From assembly GCA_036840065.1 (NCBI GenBank), contig DAITZZ010000007.1:2291-66290 (forward strand): a DNA stretch of 64,000 nt, in the 5' to 3' direction. Both the position numbers and the translations under genes were made by a program. The stretch is from a bacterium. Its GTDB lineage: Bacteria; Bacteroidota; Ignavibacteria; Kapaibacteriales; Kapaibacteriaceae. Position 1 is the stretch's first letter. The number at the start of each line of letters is the position of its first letter. Shown here piece by piece: positions 1 through 10,700 of the stretch. The notes below the pieces were generated by a model, which was not told the DNA's origin, did not search any database, and saw only the letters and a list, made by a program, of their open reading frames with translations.

Positions 1-49
1 TTCGAGCAGTTTGTGGCATCCATGGCCTGAGGCCTCTTTTGCCTCAAGA

Positions 50-81
50 TTTGCATAGTTTTCCCCCGACCCATAACTTTG
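50..81 (+). promoter_or_regulatory. Candidate Bacteroidetes/FCB-type sigmaA promoter in front of the tRNA-secE-nusG unit
   Basis: TTTG at 50-53, a 20-nt spacer, then TAACTTTG at 74-81. This matches the -33 TTTG / -7 TAnnTTTG consensus. The first tRNA starts at 97. Confidence 0.4.
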
Positions 82-96
82 CCGGCTCTGTTGTTG

Positions 97-179
<83 letters not shown>

Positions 180-214
180 CAGCGTCATTTCACCGATGTG
201 AAATGTCCGTTAAA

Positions 215-287
215 GCGGGAGTAACTCAGTTGGTAGAGTCACAGCCTTCCAAGCTGTTGGTCGCGAGTTCGAGTCTCGTCTCCCGCT
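215..287 (+). tRNA. tRNA-Gly (anticodon TCC)
   Basis: Acceptor GCGGGAG/CTCCCGC; anticodon stem ACAGC/GCTGT with loop CTTCCAA; T-arm GCGAG-TTCGAGT-CTCGT. Confidence 0.9.
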
Positions 288-365
288 CTGATGCGAAAGT
301 CCCCTGAGGCGTCGGGCCATTGGTCTGTGCGCTGAAGGGCTTTGGTGTCTGCGATCGACCATGTC

Positions 366-438
366 GCTGATGTAGCTCAGTTGGTAGAGCACCACCTTGG
401 TAAGGTGGAGGTCACCGGTTCAATCCCGGTCATCAGCT
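366..438 (+). tRNA. tRNA-Thr (anticodon GGT)
   Basis: Acceptor GCTGATG/CATCAGC; anticodon stem CCACC/GGTGG with loop TTGGTAA; T-arm ACCGG-TTCAATC-CCGGT. Confidence 0.9.
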
Positions 439-457
439 CTTGATTTGACAATCACGT

Positions 458-530
458 ACGGGTGTAGCTCAGCTGGTAGAGCAGCGGTCTCCAAAACCGC
501 AGGCCGCGGGTTCGAATCCTGCCGCCCGTG
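458..530 (+). tRNA. tRNA-Trp (anticodon CCA)
   Basis: Acceptor ACGGGTG/CGCCCGT (one G-T pair); anticodon stem GCGGT/ACCGC with loop CTCCAAA; T-arm GCGGG-TTCGAAT-CCTGC. It sits at the canonical position immediately upstream of secE. Confidence 0.88.
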
Positions 531-570
531 CAACGTTTACGAATGCATACCGCAGATCGGAGGACATGAA

Positions 571-753
571 ATGATTGATTCGATTCGGGGATTTTTCTCT
601 GATGTGAGCAAGGAGATGAAAAAGGTCTCCTGGCCAACACAGGAGCAGCTTCGCGAGAGTACCATGGTTGTTGTGGCCACCTGTCTGGTTTTTGCAGCGC
701 TGGTGTTTGCCATTGACCGTGGTGTGGTCTTCCTGCTCGAGTTCATTTATTGA
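571..753 (+). CDS. secE: Preprotein translocase subunit SecE (60 aa)
   Basis: An internal ATG of ORF 397..753 lies after the tRNA-Trp, with GGAGGA 8 nt upstream. The protein MIDSIRGFFSDVSKEMKKVSWPT..., with a single C-terminal TM helix, is the typical SecE pattern. It lies upstream of nusG. Confidence 0.85.
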   Translation: MIDSIRGFFSDVSKEMKKVSWPTQEQLRESTMVVVATCLVFAALVFAIDRGVVFLLEFIY

Positions 754-767
754 TTGGGATCCCCGCG

Positions 768-1328
768 ATGTCCGACGCCGCACAACACTTGCCTGAACCT
801 CGTTGGTTTGCCTTACGGACCTTTACCGGTCATGAGGCCAGGGTGAAGACTGCCATCGAGAATGAGATGACGCGCCTTGGACTCGAAAATCGCGTTCTGA
901 ACATCATCATTCCCACGGAGACTGTTTTTGAGGTCAGGGGCGGGAAGCGCCGCACACGTGTGAAGAATTTTCTTCCGGGATACATTCTGATCGAGCTATC
1001 GCTCGACACGCGTTTGCGCGACGTTATCCTGTCGCTGCCGTCGATCGTCTCCTTTGCCGGAACGACCTCAGGTCCGCAGCCACTGCAGAAGGAAGAGGTC
1101 GATCGCATTCTTGGCCGTGTTGAGGAGCGTAAGGACATCACAACAGCAGAAACGTCGTTCCGTGAGGGCGATCCGGTGAAGGTCATTGACGGGCCTTTTG
1201 CCAACTTCAATGGCACGGTCAAGGAAGTCAACGTAGAAAAGCAAAAGCTGAAGGTAGAAGTCGGGATCCTCGGCCGCAAGACGCCGATCGAGCTGGACTT
1301 CCATCAGGTAGAGATCGAAAACCATTAA
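768..1328 (+). CDS. nusG: Transcription termination/antitermination factor NusG
   Basis: RWFALRTFTGHE NGN start and a C-terminal KOW (GDPVKVIDGPFANFNGTVKEV). It sits in the conserved secE-nusG-rplK order. The start is taken at ATG 768 rather than TTG 750. Confidence 0.93.
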   Translation: MSDAAQHLPEPRWFALRTFTGHEARVKTAIENEMTRLGLENRVLNIIIPTETVFEVRGGKRRTRVKNFLPGYILIELSLDTRLRDVILSLPSIVSFAGTTSGPQPLQKEEVDRILGRVEERKDITTAETSFREGDPVKVIDGPFANFNGTVKEVNVEKQKLKVEVGILGRKTPIELDFHQVEIENH

Positions 1329-1336
1329 CACATGAT

Positions 1337-1380
1337 GTGGGAGGCAGGCAACACCTGCCGCAGACCACGAAAGGATATTT
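1337..1380 (+). promoter_or_regulatory. Candidate L1-binding autoregulatory leader of rplK-rplA (23S rRNA L1-stalk mimic)
   Basis: GGGAGGC (1339-1345), then hairpin GGCAGG-CAACA-CCTGCC (1343-1359), then GCAGACC and ACGAAAGGAUAU. This resembles the GGGAGGC...GCCGACC..GAAAUACC L1-stalk sequence of E. coli 23S rRNA as I recall it. It ends 4 nt before the rplK ATG. Confidence 0.45.
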
Positions 1381-1383
1381 GAC

Positions 1384-1809
1384 ATGGCAAAAAAGGTCAT
1401 GGGTACCTTCAAGCTCCAGCTCAAGGCTGGAGAGGCCACGATGGCTCCGCCGGTTGGACCGGCGTTCGGTCAGCGCGGTCTTGCAGGTATGGAGTTTGTC
1501 AAGCAGTTCAATGCTAAGTCGGCCAAGCAGCCGGGCATGATTCTGCCAGTGCTCGTCACGTTCTTCAGTGACAAGAGCTTCACGTTCGAGATCAAGTCGC
1601 CGCCAGCTGCGATCCTTCTGATGAAGGCAGCCGGGCTGGACAAGGGATCGGCTGCACCGCATCGTGACAAGGTCGGCAAGGTTAATCGCTCTCAGCTTGC
1701 TGAGATTGCGAAGATCAAGATGCAGGACCTTAACTGTCACACCGAAGAGAGTGCGATCAGCATGATCGCCGGCACAGCGCGCTCGATGGGCATCACGGTC
1801 CAAGACTAA
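1384..1809 (+). CDS. rplK: 50S ribosomal protein L11
   Basis: [31 protein letters not shown] is the hallmark L11 N-terminus. The gene order is conserved. Confidence 0.97.
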   Translation: MAKKVMGTFKLQLKAGEATMAPPVGPAFGQRGLAGMEFVKQFNAKSAKQPGMILPVLVTFFSDKSFTFEIKSPPAAILLMKAAGLDKGSAAPHRDKVGKVNRSQLAEIAKIKMQDLNCHTEESAISMIAGTARSMGITVQD

Positions 1810-1904
1810 GAAGCCCCTTTCTCGAACATCATTTCCGAACAATAACCACTGTTGGAGGTGTCTCTTGCAGGCACCGTTTGCACAACACGAAAGGATATCC
1901 TTCC

Positions 1905-2603
1905 ATGGCACAAGGGAAGCGTTTCAAAAAGGCCGTCAAGTCTTTCGACGGCACTCAGTCGTTCGACATCAAGAAGGCCGTTGAACTCGTCAAGCAGAAT
2001 GCAACGGCGAAATTCGACGAGTCATTTGATGTTGCAATGAATCTCGGCGTTGATCCACGTAAGGCCGATCAGCTGGTTCGTGGTACGGTAGCATTGCCGC
2101 ACGGTACCGGTAAGACGGTGCGTGTGCTGGTGATCGCCAAGGGCCCGAAGGACAAGGAAGCACTCGATGCTGGTGCAGACTACGCAGGATTCTCGGACTA
2201 CATTGAGAAGCTGCAAGGGGGCTGGGCAGACATCGACATCATCATCGCCACGCCAGACGTGATGGGTGAAGTCGGCAAGCTGGGTCGGGTTCTCGGTCCA
2301 CGCGGTCTTATGCCGAATCCCAAGAGCGGTACGGTGACGTTTGACGTTGCCAAGGCCGTCGCAGAGGTCAAGGCCGGTAAGATCGAGTTCCGTGTTGATA
2401 AGGCAGGCAACATCCATGCGGCGGTAGGCAAGTGCTCATTCAGTGCTGACAAGCTTATCGAAAACCTCCAGACGTTCGTTGGCACGGTTGTCCGCGCCAA
2501 GCCATCGTCTTCGAAGGGCAAGTACGTCAAGAGCATCACGTTCAGCTCGACGATGGGCCCTGCAGTCCGCGTTGACGCGAAGTCCGTTGGCGCTGACCAA
2601 TAA
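1905..2603 (+). CDS. rplA: 50S ribosomal protein L1
   Basis: [10 protein letters not shown]... with [21 protein letters not shown] and the typical ~232-aa length. The start is ATG 1905 inside ORF 1878..2603. Confidence 0.96.
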   Translation: MAQGKRFKKAVKSFDGTQSFDIKKAVELVKQNATAKFDESFDVAMNLGVDPRKADQLVRGTVALPHGTGKTVRVLVIAKGPKDKEALDAGADYAGFSDYIEKLQGGWADIDIIIATPDVMGEVGKLGRVLGPRGLMPNPKSGTVTFDVAKAVAEVKAGKIEFRVDKAGNIHAAVGKCSFSADKLIENLQTFVGTVVRAKPSSSKGKYVKSITFSSTMGPAVRVDAKSVGADQ

Positions 2604-2696
2604 TTCCGAAACTATTACGCAACAGTCGGTCTGTCACGCTTCTAACACCGTCTTTGACGGGTTGACGGATCGGCGACTCTAACAATAAACAAGGTT

Positions 2697-3221
2697 ATGA
2701 TCACGAAAGAACAAAAGCAGGTAGTCGTCGCCGAGCTTGCGGAGCTGATCCGTAGTGCGTCGAGTCTGTATTTCGTGGATTTCACCGGCATGACTGTCGC
2801 ACAGGACCAGGCGTTTCGCCGTGATCTGCGCGCCAAGGGCGTAACGATGAGGGTTGCCAAGAACACCCTTCTTCTGCGTGCTCTTGCTGAGGTCGGTGGC
2901 TACGAGATTGAAGACACGAAGCTGGCCGGTCAGACGGCGATGATCCTCGGAGCGAGCGATCCTGTTGCTCCTGCGAAGGTGATCCGTCAGCACTTTGAGA
3001 AGCTTGAAAAGCCACGTCTCAAAGTCGCGGTAGTCGAAGGTATGTACTTCGGCCCTTCCGAGCTCAAGCAGGTATCGGAGCTTCCGACTCGCGAGGATCT
3101 CATTGCCGGCATGCTTGGCAGCATCAACGCCCCGATCTCGGGAATCGTTGGCAGCCTGAATGCCGTCATGCGGGACGTCGCATCGATCATCGAGGAAGTC
3201 GCAAAGAAGAAGGCTGCCTAA
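2697..3221 (+). CDS. rplJ: 50S ribosomal protein L10
   Basis: 174 aa, positioned between rplA and rplL. L10-like N-terminus (KEQKQVVVAELAELIRSASSLYFVDFTGMTV). Confidence 0.94.
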   Translation: MITKEQKQVVVAELAELIRSASSLYFVDFTGMTVAQDQAFRRDLRAKGVTMRVAKNTLLLRALAEVGGYEIEDTKLAGQTAMILGASDPVAPAKVIRQHFEKLEKPRLKVAVVEGMYFGPSELKQVSELPTREDLIAGMLGSINAPISGIVGSLNAVMRDVASIIEEVAKKKAA

Positions 3222-3309
3222 GTGGCACGCCGAGGCGTGACGCGGCACGGGGTGTCGGTCACCATTCATCACACAAAGAACATTCATCATTCATTCGTGG
3301 AGAAATCCA

Positions 3310-3690
3310 ATGTCAGCAATCGTTGAAGAACTCGTTGAGAAGATCGGAAACCTCACTCTCGTTGAGGCAGCTGATCTCAAGAAGGCTCTTGAAGAAAAGT
3401 TCGGTGTATCGGCAGCAGCTCCAGTGATGGTTGCCGGTGTCGCTCCGGGTGCGGCCCCAGCAGCAGCAGCCGAAGAAAAGACCGAATTCGATGTCGAACT
3501 CACCGAAGGCGGAGCACAGAAGCTCAACGTCATCAAGGTTGTTCGCGAAGTCACGGGTCTTGGCCTCAAGGAAGCCAAGGATCTGGTAGAAGGTGCACCG
3601 AAGATCGTCAAGGAAGGTGTTGCCAAGGCAGATGCCGACGCTCTCAAGAAGAAGCTCGAAGAAGCTGGTGCCAAGGTCACACTCAAGTAA
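3310..3690 (+). CDS. rplL: 50S ribosomal protein L7/L12
   Basis: Ala/Pro-rich hinge followed by EKTEFDV.L...[45 protein letters not shown]. Confidence 0.97.
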   Translation: MSAIVEELVEKIGNLTLVEAADLKKALEEKFGVSAAAPVMVAGVAPGAAPAAAAEEKTEFDVELTEGGAQKLNVIKVVREVTGLGLKEAKDLVEGAPKIVKEGVAKADADALKKKLEEAGAKVTLK

Positions 3691-3712
3691 TCAGAGCGCG
3701 CAGTAGAAACAG

Positions 3713-3745
3713 CCCCGAGACGGTAGAAATGCCGTCTCGGGCGTT
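3713..3745 (+). terminator. GC-rich stem-loop in the rplL-rpoB spacer (possible attenuator)
   Basis: CCCGAGACGG (3714-3723) pairs with CCGTCTCGGG (3732-3741) around an 8-nt loop. A second small hairpin lies at about 3760-3777. There is no strong T-tract, so partial termination or processing is more likely than a full stop. Confidence 0.4.
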
Positions 3746-3867
3746 GTCGTAAATAGAAAGCCCCTTTCAAAGGGGGCGTTCTGACGGTCGAAACAGAGCC
3801 TACGCCGGTGTCATTTCGATCATCAGAACGAAACAGAACTTTTTACTAGCCGTCAGGAGCTATCTCC

Positions 3868-6800
3868 ATGAATGGTCTGAGCACAGAAACAGCATTGTAC
3901 CAGCTGCCGCTGCAACGGGTGCGCGAACGCGTGACGTTCGGAAAGATCGAATCTGAGTCGACCTACCCAGATCTGCTCGGAATCCAGATCGATTCCTTCC
4001 ACGATTTCCTCCAGGAGGATGTCGGATTCTCCGACCGCAGGTTCGTCGGACTGCAGCGAGCTTTCGAGAGTAACTTCCCGATCGAAGACAACTCCGGGGT
4101 GTATGAGCTGAGTTTTCTTGAGTACATCCTCGAGAAGCCGAAGTACTCCGAGGAAGAGTGTCGCGAACGCGAGTTGACGTATGCCAAGACGCTGAAGGCC
4201 AAACTACGCCTTTCGTCAAAGGCTGATCGATCATCGGAAGATTACATCGACGCCATTGATCAGGAAGTCTACCTCGGTCAGATTCCTGCCATGACGCCGC
4301 GTGGTACGTTCATCATCAACGGCGCTGAGCGCGTGATCGTGGCACAGCTGCACCGCTCGCCGGGCTGCTTCTTTGACGAAGCGATCCACCCGAACGGAAC
4401 AAAGATCTTCTCAGCCCGTATCATCCCGTTCAAGGGATCATGGGTTGAGTTCACAACGGACATTCACGATGTGATGTATGCGTACATCGATCGGAAGAAG
4501 AAGTTCCCGGTGACAACGCTTCTGCGTGCACTTGGATATTCCAGCGATGAGGATTTGCTGAACCTCTTTGACCTGTCTTCCGAGGTTCCGGTAAAGAAGC
4601 TCACCGATGAGCACCTGGGCCGTCGTATTGCCGCTGATGCAGTGGACATGAGCACGGGTGAGATCATTGCTCAACGAGACCTTGTTTTGGACGAGGCCCT
4701 TCTTGTGGCGTTGCGCGATTCAGACGTTGAGTCCATCCGGGTGTTCAAGTACGAGAATCCTAACGACGAGCCGATCATTGCCAAGACTCTTGCAAAGGAC
4801 ACGGCACGTACGCGTGAGGACGCTCTGGAAACAATCTATCGTCAGCTTCGTTCATCCGATCCGCCAGATCTTGATACGGCATGGGGCCTGCTCGAGAAGC
4901 TGTTCTTTAACCCGAAGCGCTACGACCTCGGCGTCGTGGGCCGCTACCGGATCAACGAAAAGCTTGCGATGACTGTGCCTCTTGATGTTACGACGCTTAC
5001 GGTCGACGACATCGTAGCCATTGTGAAGTATCTGATCGACGTGCGTGATGCGAAGGTTCCGGTCGACGATATCGATCACCTTTCGAACCGCCGCGTGCGT
5101 ACGGTCGGTGAGCAGCTCGAGTCGACCTTCAACCTGGGTCTGACGCGTATGGCTCGTACGATCAAGGAGCGCCTCTCGGTGCGCGACAGTGAGAATGTCA
5201 CCCCGAGTGAACTTGTCAACGCCCGAACAATAACGAGCGTTATCAACCAGTTCTTCGGCACCAACCAGCTGTCGCAGTTCATGGATCAGACGAACCCGCT
5301 GTCGGAGATCACGCATAAGCGTCGTACCTCGGCACTCGGTCCTGGTGGTCTTACACGTGAGCGCGCCGGCTTCGAGGTTCGCGACGTACACTACACGCAT
5401 TACGGTCGGCTCTGTCCTATCGAAACACCGGAAGGTCCGAACATCGGTCTGATCTCGTCGCTGGCTATCCATGCACGTGTCAACAAGTTTGGATTCATCG
5501 AAACACCGTATCACAAGGTTGTCAACGGCGTTGTGACGGATGAGGTCGAATTCCTCCCGGCCGACAAAGAAGAAGGCTTGATCATCATTCCGGCCTCGAC
5601 GGCAACTGACGCTAAGGGGCGTATTCTCGGTGATACGGTTAAGGCCCGCCTCAGCGGTGACTACAAGGTAGTTGCGCCGACCGAGGTCAACTACATGGAG
5701 GTCAGCACCGATCAGATCACCTCTCCGGCCGCATCTCTGATCCCGTTCCTTGAGCACGATGACGCTAACCGTGCACTGATGGGTTCGAACATGCAACGCC
5801 AGGGCGTACCGCTGCTGCGTCCGGAAGCTCCGATTGTGGGCACCGGCATGGAAGCCCGTGTCGCTCGTGATTCGCGTGCCCTTGTGCTGGCAGAAGATGA
5901 CGGTGTGGTCGACTACGTATGCGCCGATTTTGTCCGAATCGTGTACGACGACAAGCGCAACGCAGATGAGAAGCTTATCTCGTTCGAAGGCGACCGCACG
6001 GTAACCTATAACCTGCAAAAGTTCTATCGTACGAACCAGGACACCAGCATCAACCACAAGCCGATCGTGGCGGTTGGTCAGCGCGTCAAGAAGGGTCAGC
6101 CCATCATTGATGGTGCCTCGACGGAAAAGGGCGAACTGGCACTCGGTCGCAATGTGATGGTTGCCTTTATGCCTTGGCGCGGATACAACTTCGAAGACGC
6201 CATTGTGCTCAGCGAGCGGATGGTTGCCGAGGATGTCTTCACGTCGATTCACATCGAGGAGTACACGCTGCAGGTTCGTGACACAAAGCGCGGTGAGGAA
6301 GAGTTCACCCGTGAAATCCCGAACGTCAGTGAAGAAGCCACCAAGGATCTGGACGAACGCGGCATTGTTCGCATCGGAGCCAAGATCCGCGAAGGTGATA
6401 TCCTCATTGGTAAGATCACACCGAAGGGAGAGACCGACCCAACGCCGGAAGAGAAACTTCTGCGAGCGATCTTCGGTGATAAGGCTGGTGACGTCAAGGA
6501 TGTGTCACTGAAGGCACCTCCGGGACTTAAGGGCACGGTGATCAATACCAAGCTTTTCGCCCGCCGCGTTCTGACGAGCGATAGCGAGTTCCGTCTCGAA
6601 GAAAAGAAGCGTCAGGATCTTATCACACGTCGGGAAAACCAGGCCCTGCGCGCTCTGGACATCGATTGCATCGAGCGTCTCGGTCAGCTTCTCGAAGGTG
6701 AAACATCTATCGGTGTGCGTTCCACGAACGACACGATGATCTTCCGCAGCGGAGCCAAGTTCACAGCCAAGGACATGCTGGCCAAGTTCGAGTCGGGATC

Positions 6801-7695
6801 ATTCCTCCCGTCAAACACCAGCCTTGAGCAAGATTGGGTGGCAGACAAGAAGACCATGAAGCTTGTACGCACGCTCATGGAAAACTTTGAAACGCGCCGC
6901 AACACGATCATTCTCGATGCTCGTATCGAGCGGAACAAGATCGCTGCTGGCGATGAGCTCCAGCCAGGCATCCAGCAGATGGCCAAAGTCTATGTTGCCA
7001 AGAAGCGTAAGCTTCAGGTTGGTGACAAGATGGCCGGACGTCACGGTAACAAGGGTATCGTGTCGAAGATCGTGCCTCTGGAAGACATGCCGTTCCTCCC
7101 GAATGGTCGTCCGGTGGACATCGTTCTCAACCCGCTGGGTGTGCCTTCACGTATGAATCTGGGTCAGCTCTACGAAACCGCTCTCGGATGGGCCGGACGT
7201 GAGCTGGGGATCCACTTCGCAACGCCGATCTTCGACGGGGCTTCGTGGGATCAGGTGGGTGACTACCTCGAGAAGGCCGGTCTGCCACGTACAGGCAAGA
7301 CAGTTCTGTATGACGGTCGCTCCGGTGAAGCCTTCGAGAACGAGGTCACGGTTGGCATCATCTACATGATGAAGCTTTCCCACCTTGTCGAGGATAAGAT
7401 CCACGCTCGTTCGATCGGACCGTACTCTCTGATCACTCAGCAGCCCCTTGGCGGTAAGGCCCAATTCGGTGGTCAGCGTCTCGGGGAAATGGAAGTCTGG
7501 GCGCTTGAGGCGTATGGTGCTGCTCACACCCTGCAGGAGATGCTGACGCTGAAGTCAGACGATGTGCAGGGTCGGGCCAAAATGTACGAGACGCTCGTCA
7601 AGGGTGAGAACCTGCCGACGCCGGGAATTCCCGAGTCGTTCAACGTTCTCATTCGTGAGCTGCAGGGTCTCTGTCTGGATGTCAAGCTCGACTGA
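3868..7695 (+). CDS. rpoB: DNA-directed RNA polymerase subunit beta
   Basis: 1275 aa containing canonical RpoB blocks (RRVRTVGE, FFGTNQLSQFMDQTNPLSEITHKRR, GRHGNKGIVSKI, LGGKAQFGGQRLGEMEVWALEAYGAA). Confidence 0.99.
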   Translation: MNGLSTETALYQLPLQRVRERVTFGKIESESTYPDLLGIQIDSFHDFLQEDVGFSDRRFVGLQRAFESNFPIEDNSGVYELSFLEYILEKPKYSEEECRERELTYAKTLKAKLRLSSKADRSSEDYIDAIDQEVYLGQIPAMTPRGTFIINGAERVIVAQLHRSPGCFFDEAIHPNGTKIFSARIIPFKGSWVEFTTDIHDVMYAYIDRKKKFPVTTLLRALGYSSDEDLLNLFDLSSEVPVKKLTDEHLGRRIAADAVDMSTGEIIAQRDLVLDEALLVALRDSDVESIRVFKYENPNDEPIIAKTLAKDTARTREDALETIYRQLRSSDPPDLDTAWGLLEKLFFNPKRYDLGVVGRYRINEKLAMTVPLDVTTLTVDDIVAIVKYLIDVRDAKVPVDDIDHLSNRRVRTVGEQLESTFNLGLTRMARTIKERLSVRDSENVTPSELVNARTITSVINQFFGTNQLSQFMDQTNPLSEITHKRRTSALGPGGLTRERAGFEVRDVHYTHYGRLCPIETPEGPNIGLISSLAIHARVNKFGFIETPYHKVVNGVVTDEVEFLPADKEEGLIIIPASTATDAKGRILGDTVKARLSGDYKVVAPTEVNYMEVSTDQITSPAASLIPFLEHDDANRALMGSNMQRQGVPLLRPEAPIVGTGMEARVARDSRALVLAEDDGVVDYVCADFVRIVYDDKRNADEKLISFEGDRTVTYNLQKFYRTNQDTSINHKPIVAVGQRVKKGQPIIDGASTEKGELALGRNVMVAFMPWRGYNFEDAIVLSERMVAEDVFTSIHIEEYTLQVRDTKRGEEEFTREIPNVSEEATKDLDERGIVRIGAKIREGDILIGKITPKGETDPTPEEKLLRAIFGDKAGDVKDVSLKAPPGLKGTVINTKLFARRVLTSDSEFRLEEKKRQDLITRRENQALRALDIDCIERLGQLLEGETSIGVRSTNDTMIFRSGAKFTAKDMLAKFESGSFLPSNTSLEQDWVADKKTMKLVRTLMENFETRRNTIILDARIERNKIAAGDELQPGIQQMAKVYVAKKRKLQVGDKMAGRHGNKGIVSKIVPLEDMPFLPNGRPVDIVLNPLGVPSRMNLGQLYETALGWAGRELGIHFATPIFDGASWDQVGDYLEKAGLPRTGKTVLYDGRSGEAFENEVTVGIIYMMKLSHLVEDKIHARSIGPYSLITQQPLGGKAQFGGQRLGEMEVWALEAYGAAHTLQEMLTLKSDDVQGRAKMYETLVKGENLPTPGIPESFNVLIRELQGLCLDVKLD

Positions 7696-7752
7696 GTCTG
7701 ACCTCCACTGTCCATTAATTCGTCAACCAAGGAATTTTCGCTCGGAGTTACG

Positions 7753-10700
7753 ATGCAGTTCCAAAACATCCCGAAGCGCGGATACGGTTCGATCACGATC
7801 CGCATTTCATCACCGGATGACATTCTCAATCGCTCACACGGCGAGGTCACCAAGCCTGAGACGATCAACTACCGTTCGTTCCGTCCGGAGAAGGACGGTC
7901 TTTTCTGCGAGAAAATCTTCGGTCCGATCCGTGACTGGGAGTGCGCATGCGGAAAGTACAAGCGCATCCGTTACAAGGGTATTGTATGCGACCGATGCGG
8001 CGTGGAAGTGACGCAGAAGAGCGTACGACGCGAGCGCATGGGCCACATCATGCTGGCCGTTCCGGTCGTTCACATCTGGTTCCTTCGGTCGCTTCCGAGT
8101 AAGATCTCGGGTGTGATCGGTATGCCTACCAAGGACGTTGAGCGGATCGTATACTACGAGTCATACGTTGTGGTGCAGCCGGGGTCGACGGGTCTTCAGA
8201 AGAAGGACCTTCTGACTGAAGAACAGTACCTGGAAGTTCTTGCAAGCCTGCGCCCTGAAGAGCGCAACATGGACGATGAAGATCCGCGCAAGTTCATCGC
8301 CCTCATCGGCGGTGAGGCTGTCAAAGAGCTACTGCGCCGCGTTGATGCTGACGAGGACTATTTCAAGCTGCGCGAAACGGCCCGTGAGGACATGTCTCAG
8401 GCGAAGAAGGCCGACGTGCTCAAGCGTCTGCGAATTCTGGATGCATTTCGCACAGCCGAGCACAAGGAGCCGAACCGTCCCGAGTGGATGGTGCTCGACA
8501 TCATTCCGGTTATCCCGCCAGACCTTCGTCCACTCGTGCCTCTCGAAGGCGGCCGGTTTGCGACTTCCGACCTGAACGACCTGTATCGTCGCGTCATCAT
8601 CCGCAACAATCGCCTTAAGCGCCTGATCGATATCAAGGCTCCTGAAGTGATCCTGCGTAATGAGAAGCGCATGCTCCAGGAATCGGTCGACGCTCTGTTC
8701 GACAACTCGCGTCGCGCCGTTCGCAGTGAGTCTCAGCGCGCACTCAAGTCGCTGGCTGACACGCTCAAGGGCAAGACCGGTCGCTTCCGTCAGAACCTTC
8801 TCGGTAAGCGCGTTGATTACTCCGGCCGTTCGGTTATCGTGGTGGGTCCTGAGCTGAAGCTCTATGAGTGCGGTCTTCCAAAGGACATGGCCGTTGAGCT
8901 CTTCAAGCCCCTTATCATCCGCAAGCTTATTGAGCGCGGTCACTGTAAGACCGTCAAGAGTGCAAAGAAGCAGGTTGAAAAGAAGACGACCGAGGTGTGG
9001 GATATTCTCGACACGGTGATCGACGGTCATCCGGTGCTTCTGAACCGCGCCCCGACGCTCCACCGTCTGGGTATTCAGGCCTTCCAGCCGAAGCTCATCG
9101 AGGGCAAGGCCATTCAGCTGCACCCTCTTGTAACGACGGCTTTCAATGCTGACTTCGACGGTGACCAGATGGCCGTGCACGTGCCTCTGAGTCATGAAGC
9201 CCAGCTTGAGGCTCTGCTTCTGATCCTCTCTGCCCACAACATCATGCACACGCAGAACGGCGAGCCGATTGCCGTTCCGTCTCAGGACATGGTTCTTGGC
9301 GTGTATTACCTCACAAAGGCGCGCGGTGGCGTAAAGGGTGAGGGTAAGATCTTCTCGAGTGAGGATGAAGTGGTGATCGGATACAACTCCGGTCGCATTG
9401 GTCTTCATGCTAAGATCAAGGTTCGTATCGGCGGCAAGATGATCGAGACAACGGCAGGACGTGTCCTGTTCAACAAGATCGTTCCGTTTGAACTCGGCTA
9501 CATGAACGAGATGCTTGGAAAGAAGCGTCTTCGTCAGGTCATTGCTGACTGCTTCCGCAAGGCCGGTCTTGCCAAAACGGTTGAGTTTCTTGATAAGCTC
9601 AAGGAAACCGGCTTCATGACGGCAACGCGCGGGGGTCTATCGGTTTCGATCGCCGACGTGGTGGTGCCTGCCGAAAAGACAAACATCATTGACCGCGCCC
9701 AGAAGGAAGTCGATAAGATCGAAGACTATTATCACTCCGGTGTTATCACCGAGGGCGAGCGATACAACAAGATCATCGATACGTGGTCGACCGCTACCAA
9801 CCGCGTGGCAGACAAGCTCTACAATGAGCTGGCCTCGAACAAGGATGGCTTCAATACGTTCTTCATGATGCTCGACTCGCAAGCACGGGGCTCGAAGGAG
9901 CAGATCCGCCAGCTTGCCGGTATGCGTGGTCTTATGGCCAAGCCACAGAAGACGGCCGCCGCCTCTTCTGCTGAGCTCATCGAAAATCCGATCATCTCGA
10001 ACTTCAAGGAAGGCCTGACCATCCTTGAGTACTTCATCTCGACGCACGGTGCGCGTAAGGGTCTTGCTGATACAGCTCTCAAGACGGCCGACGCCGGATA
10101 TCTGACGCGTCGTCTGCACGACGTGGCGCAGGATGTGGTGATCTCCGAGGACGACTGCGGTACGATTCGTGGCGTCGAAATGCGCGCACTGAAAGACGGC
10201 GAGGACGTGAAGGAGCCGTTGAAGGAACGCATCCTTGGCCGGACATCCCTTGTTGATGTGACCGATCCGATCAACGGTACGGTTTACTGCAAGAAGGGCG
10301 AGATGATCGATGAGGAAGTTTCTGAAGCGATCGAGCATAGCCCGATCGAAGCAGTGATGATCCGCAGCGTTCTCACCTGTGAATCACGTCGAGGCGTGTG
10401 TGCCCGCTGCTATGGTCGCAACATGGCCACTGGACAGCTGGTCGACACGGGTGAAGCCGTCGGCACGATTGCATCACAGTCGATCGGTGAGCCGGGTACG
10501 CAGCTGACGCTCCGTACGTTCCACACCGGTGGAACGGCCTCGCTGTCGATGAGTCAGAGCCTCGTACTGGCAAAGTTCGATGGTCTCATTCAGTTCGACG
10601 CGGTTCGCACGGTAAGCTACCCCGGAGAAACCGAAGACGTTGAAGTCGTGGTGTCGCGCGCAGGTGTCATCAACATTGTTGAGCCTGGCTCGAACCGCGT

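Noticed and set aside
397-570. N-terminal 58 codons of ORF 397..753, which would extend secE upstream.
   Set aside because: This segment reads straight through tRNA-Thr and tRNA-Trp. The real SecE starts at ATG 571, behind a GGAGGA SD.
2604-2696. Possible L10 (rplJ) leader RNA in the rplA-rplJ spacer.
   Set aside because: Only a 5-bp hairpin (CCGTC-TTTG-GACGG) and a possible AGTCG/CGACT closing helix were seen. That is not enough to support the Rfam-type structure without a covariance-model scan.
3421-3480. GCN-rich repetitive stretch (gcagcagcagcc...).
   Set aside because: It encodes the Ala/Pro-rich flexible hinge of L7/L12. It is not a DNA repeat element.
4852-6252. 466-aa ORF on the minus strand inside rpoB. 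Similar antisense ORFs occur at 8329-9408 and 9637-10338 in rpoC, 27030-28184 in the FG-GAP gene, 44572-45480 in the TonB barrel gene and 55396-56316 in rluB.
   Set aside because: Each lies fully antisense to a gene with unmistakable conserved protein motifs. The translations are Arg/His/Val-rich low-information sequences. Such ORFs are the usual artefact of GC-rich coding DNA.
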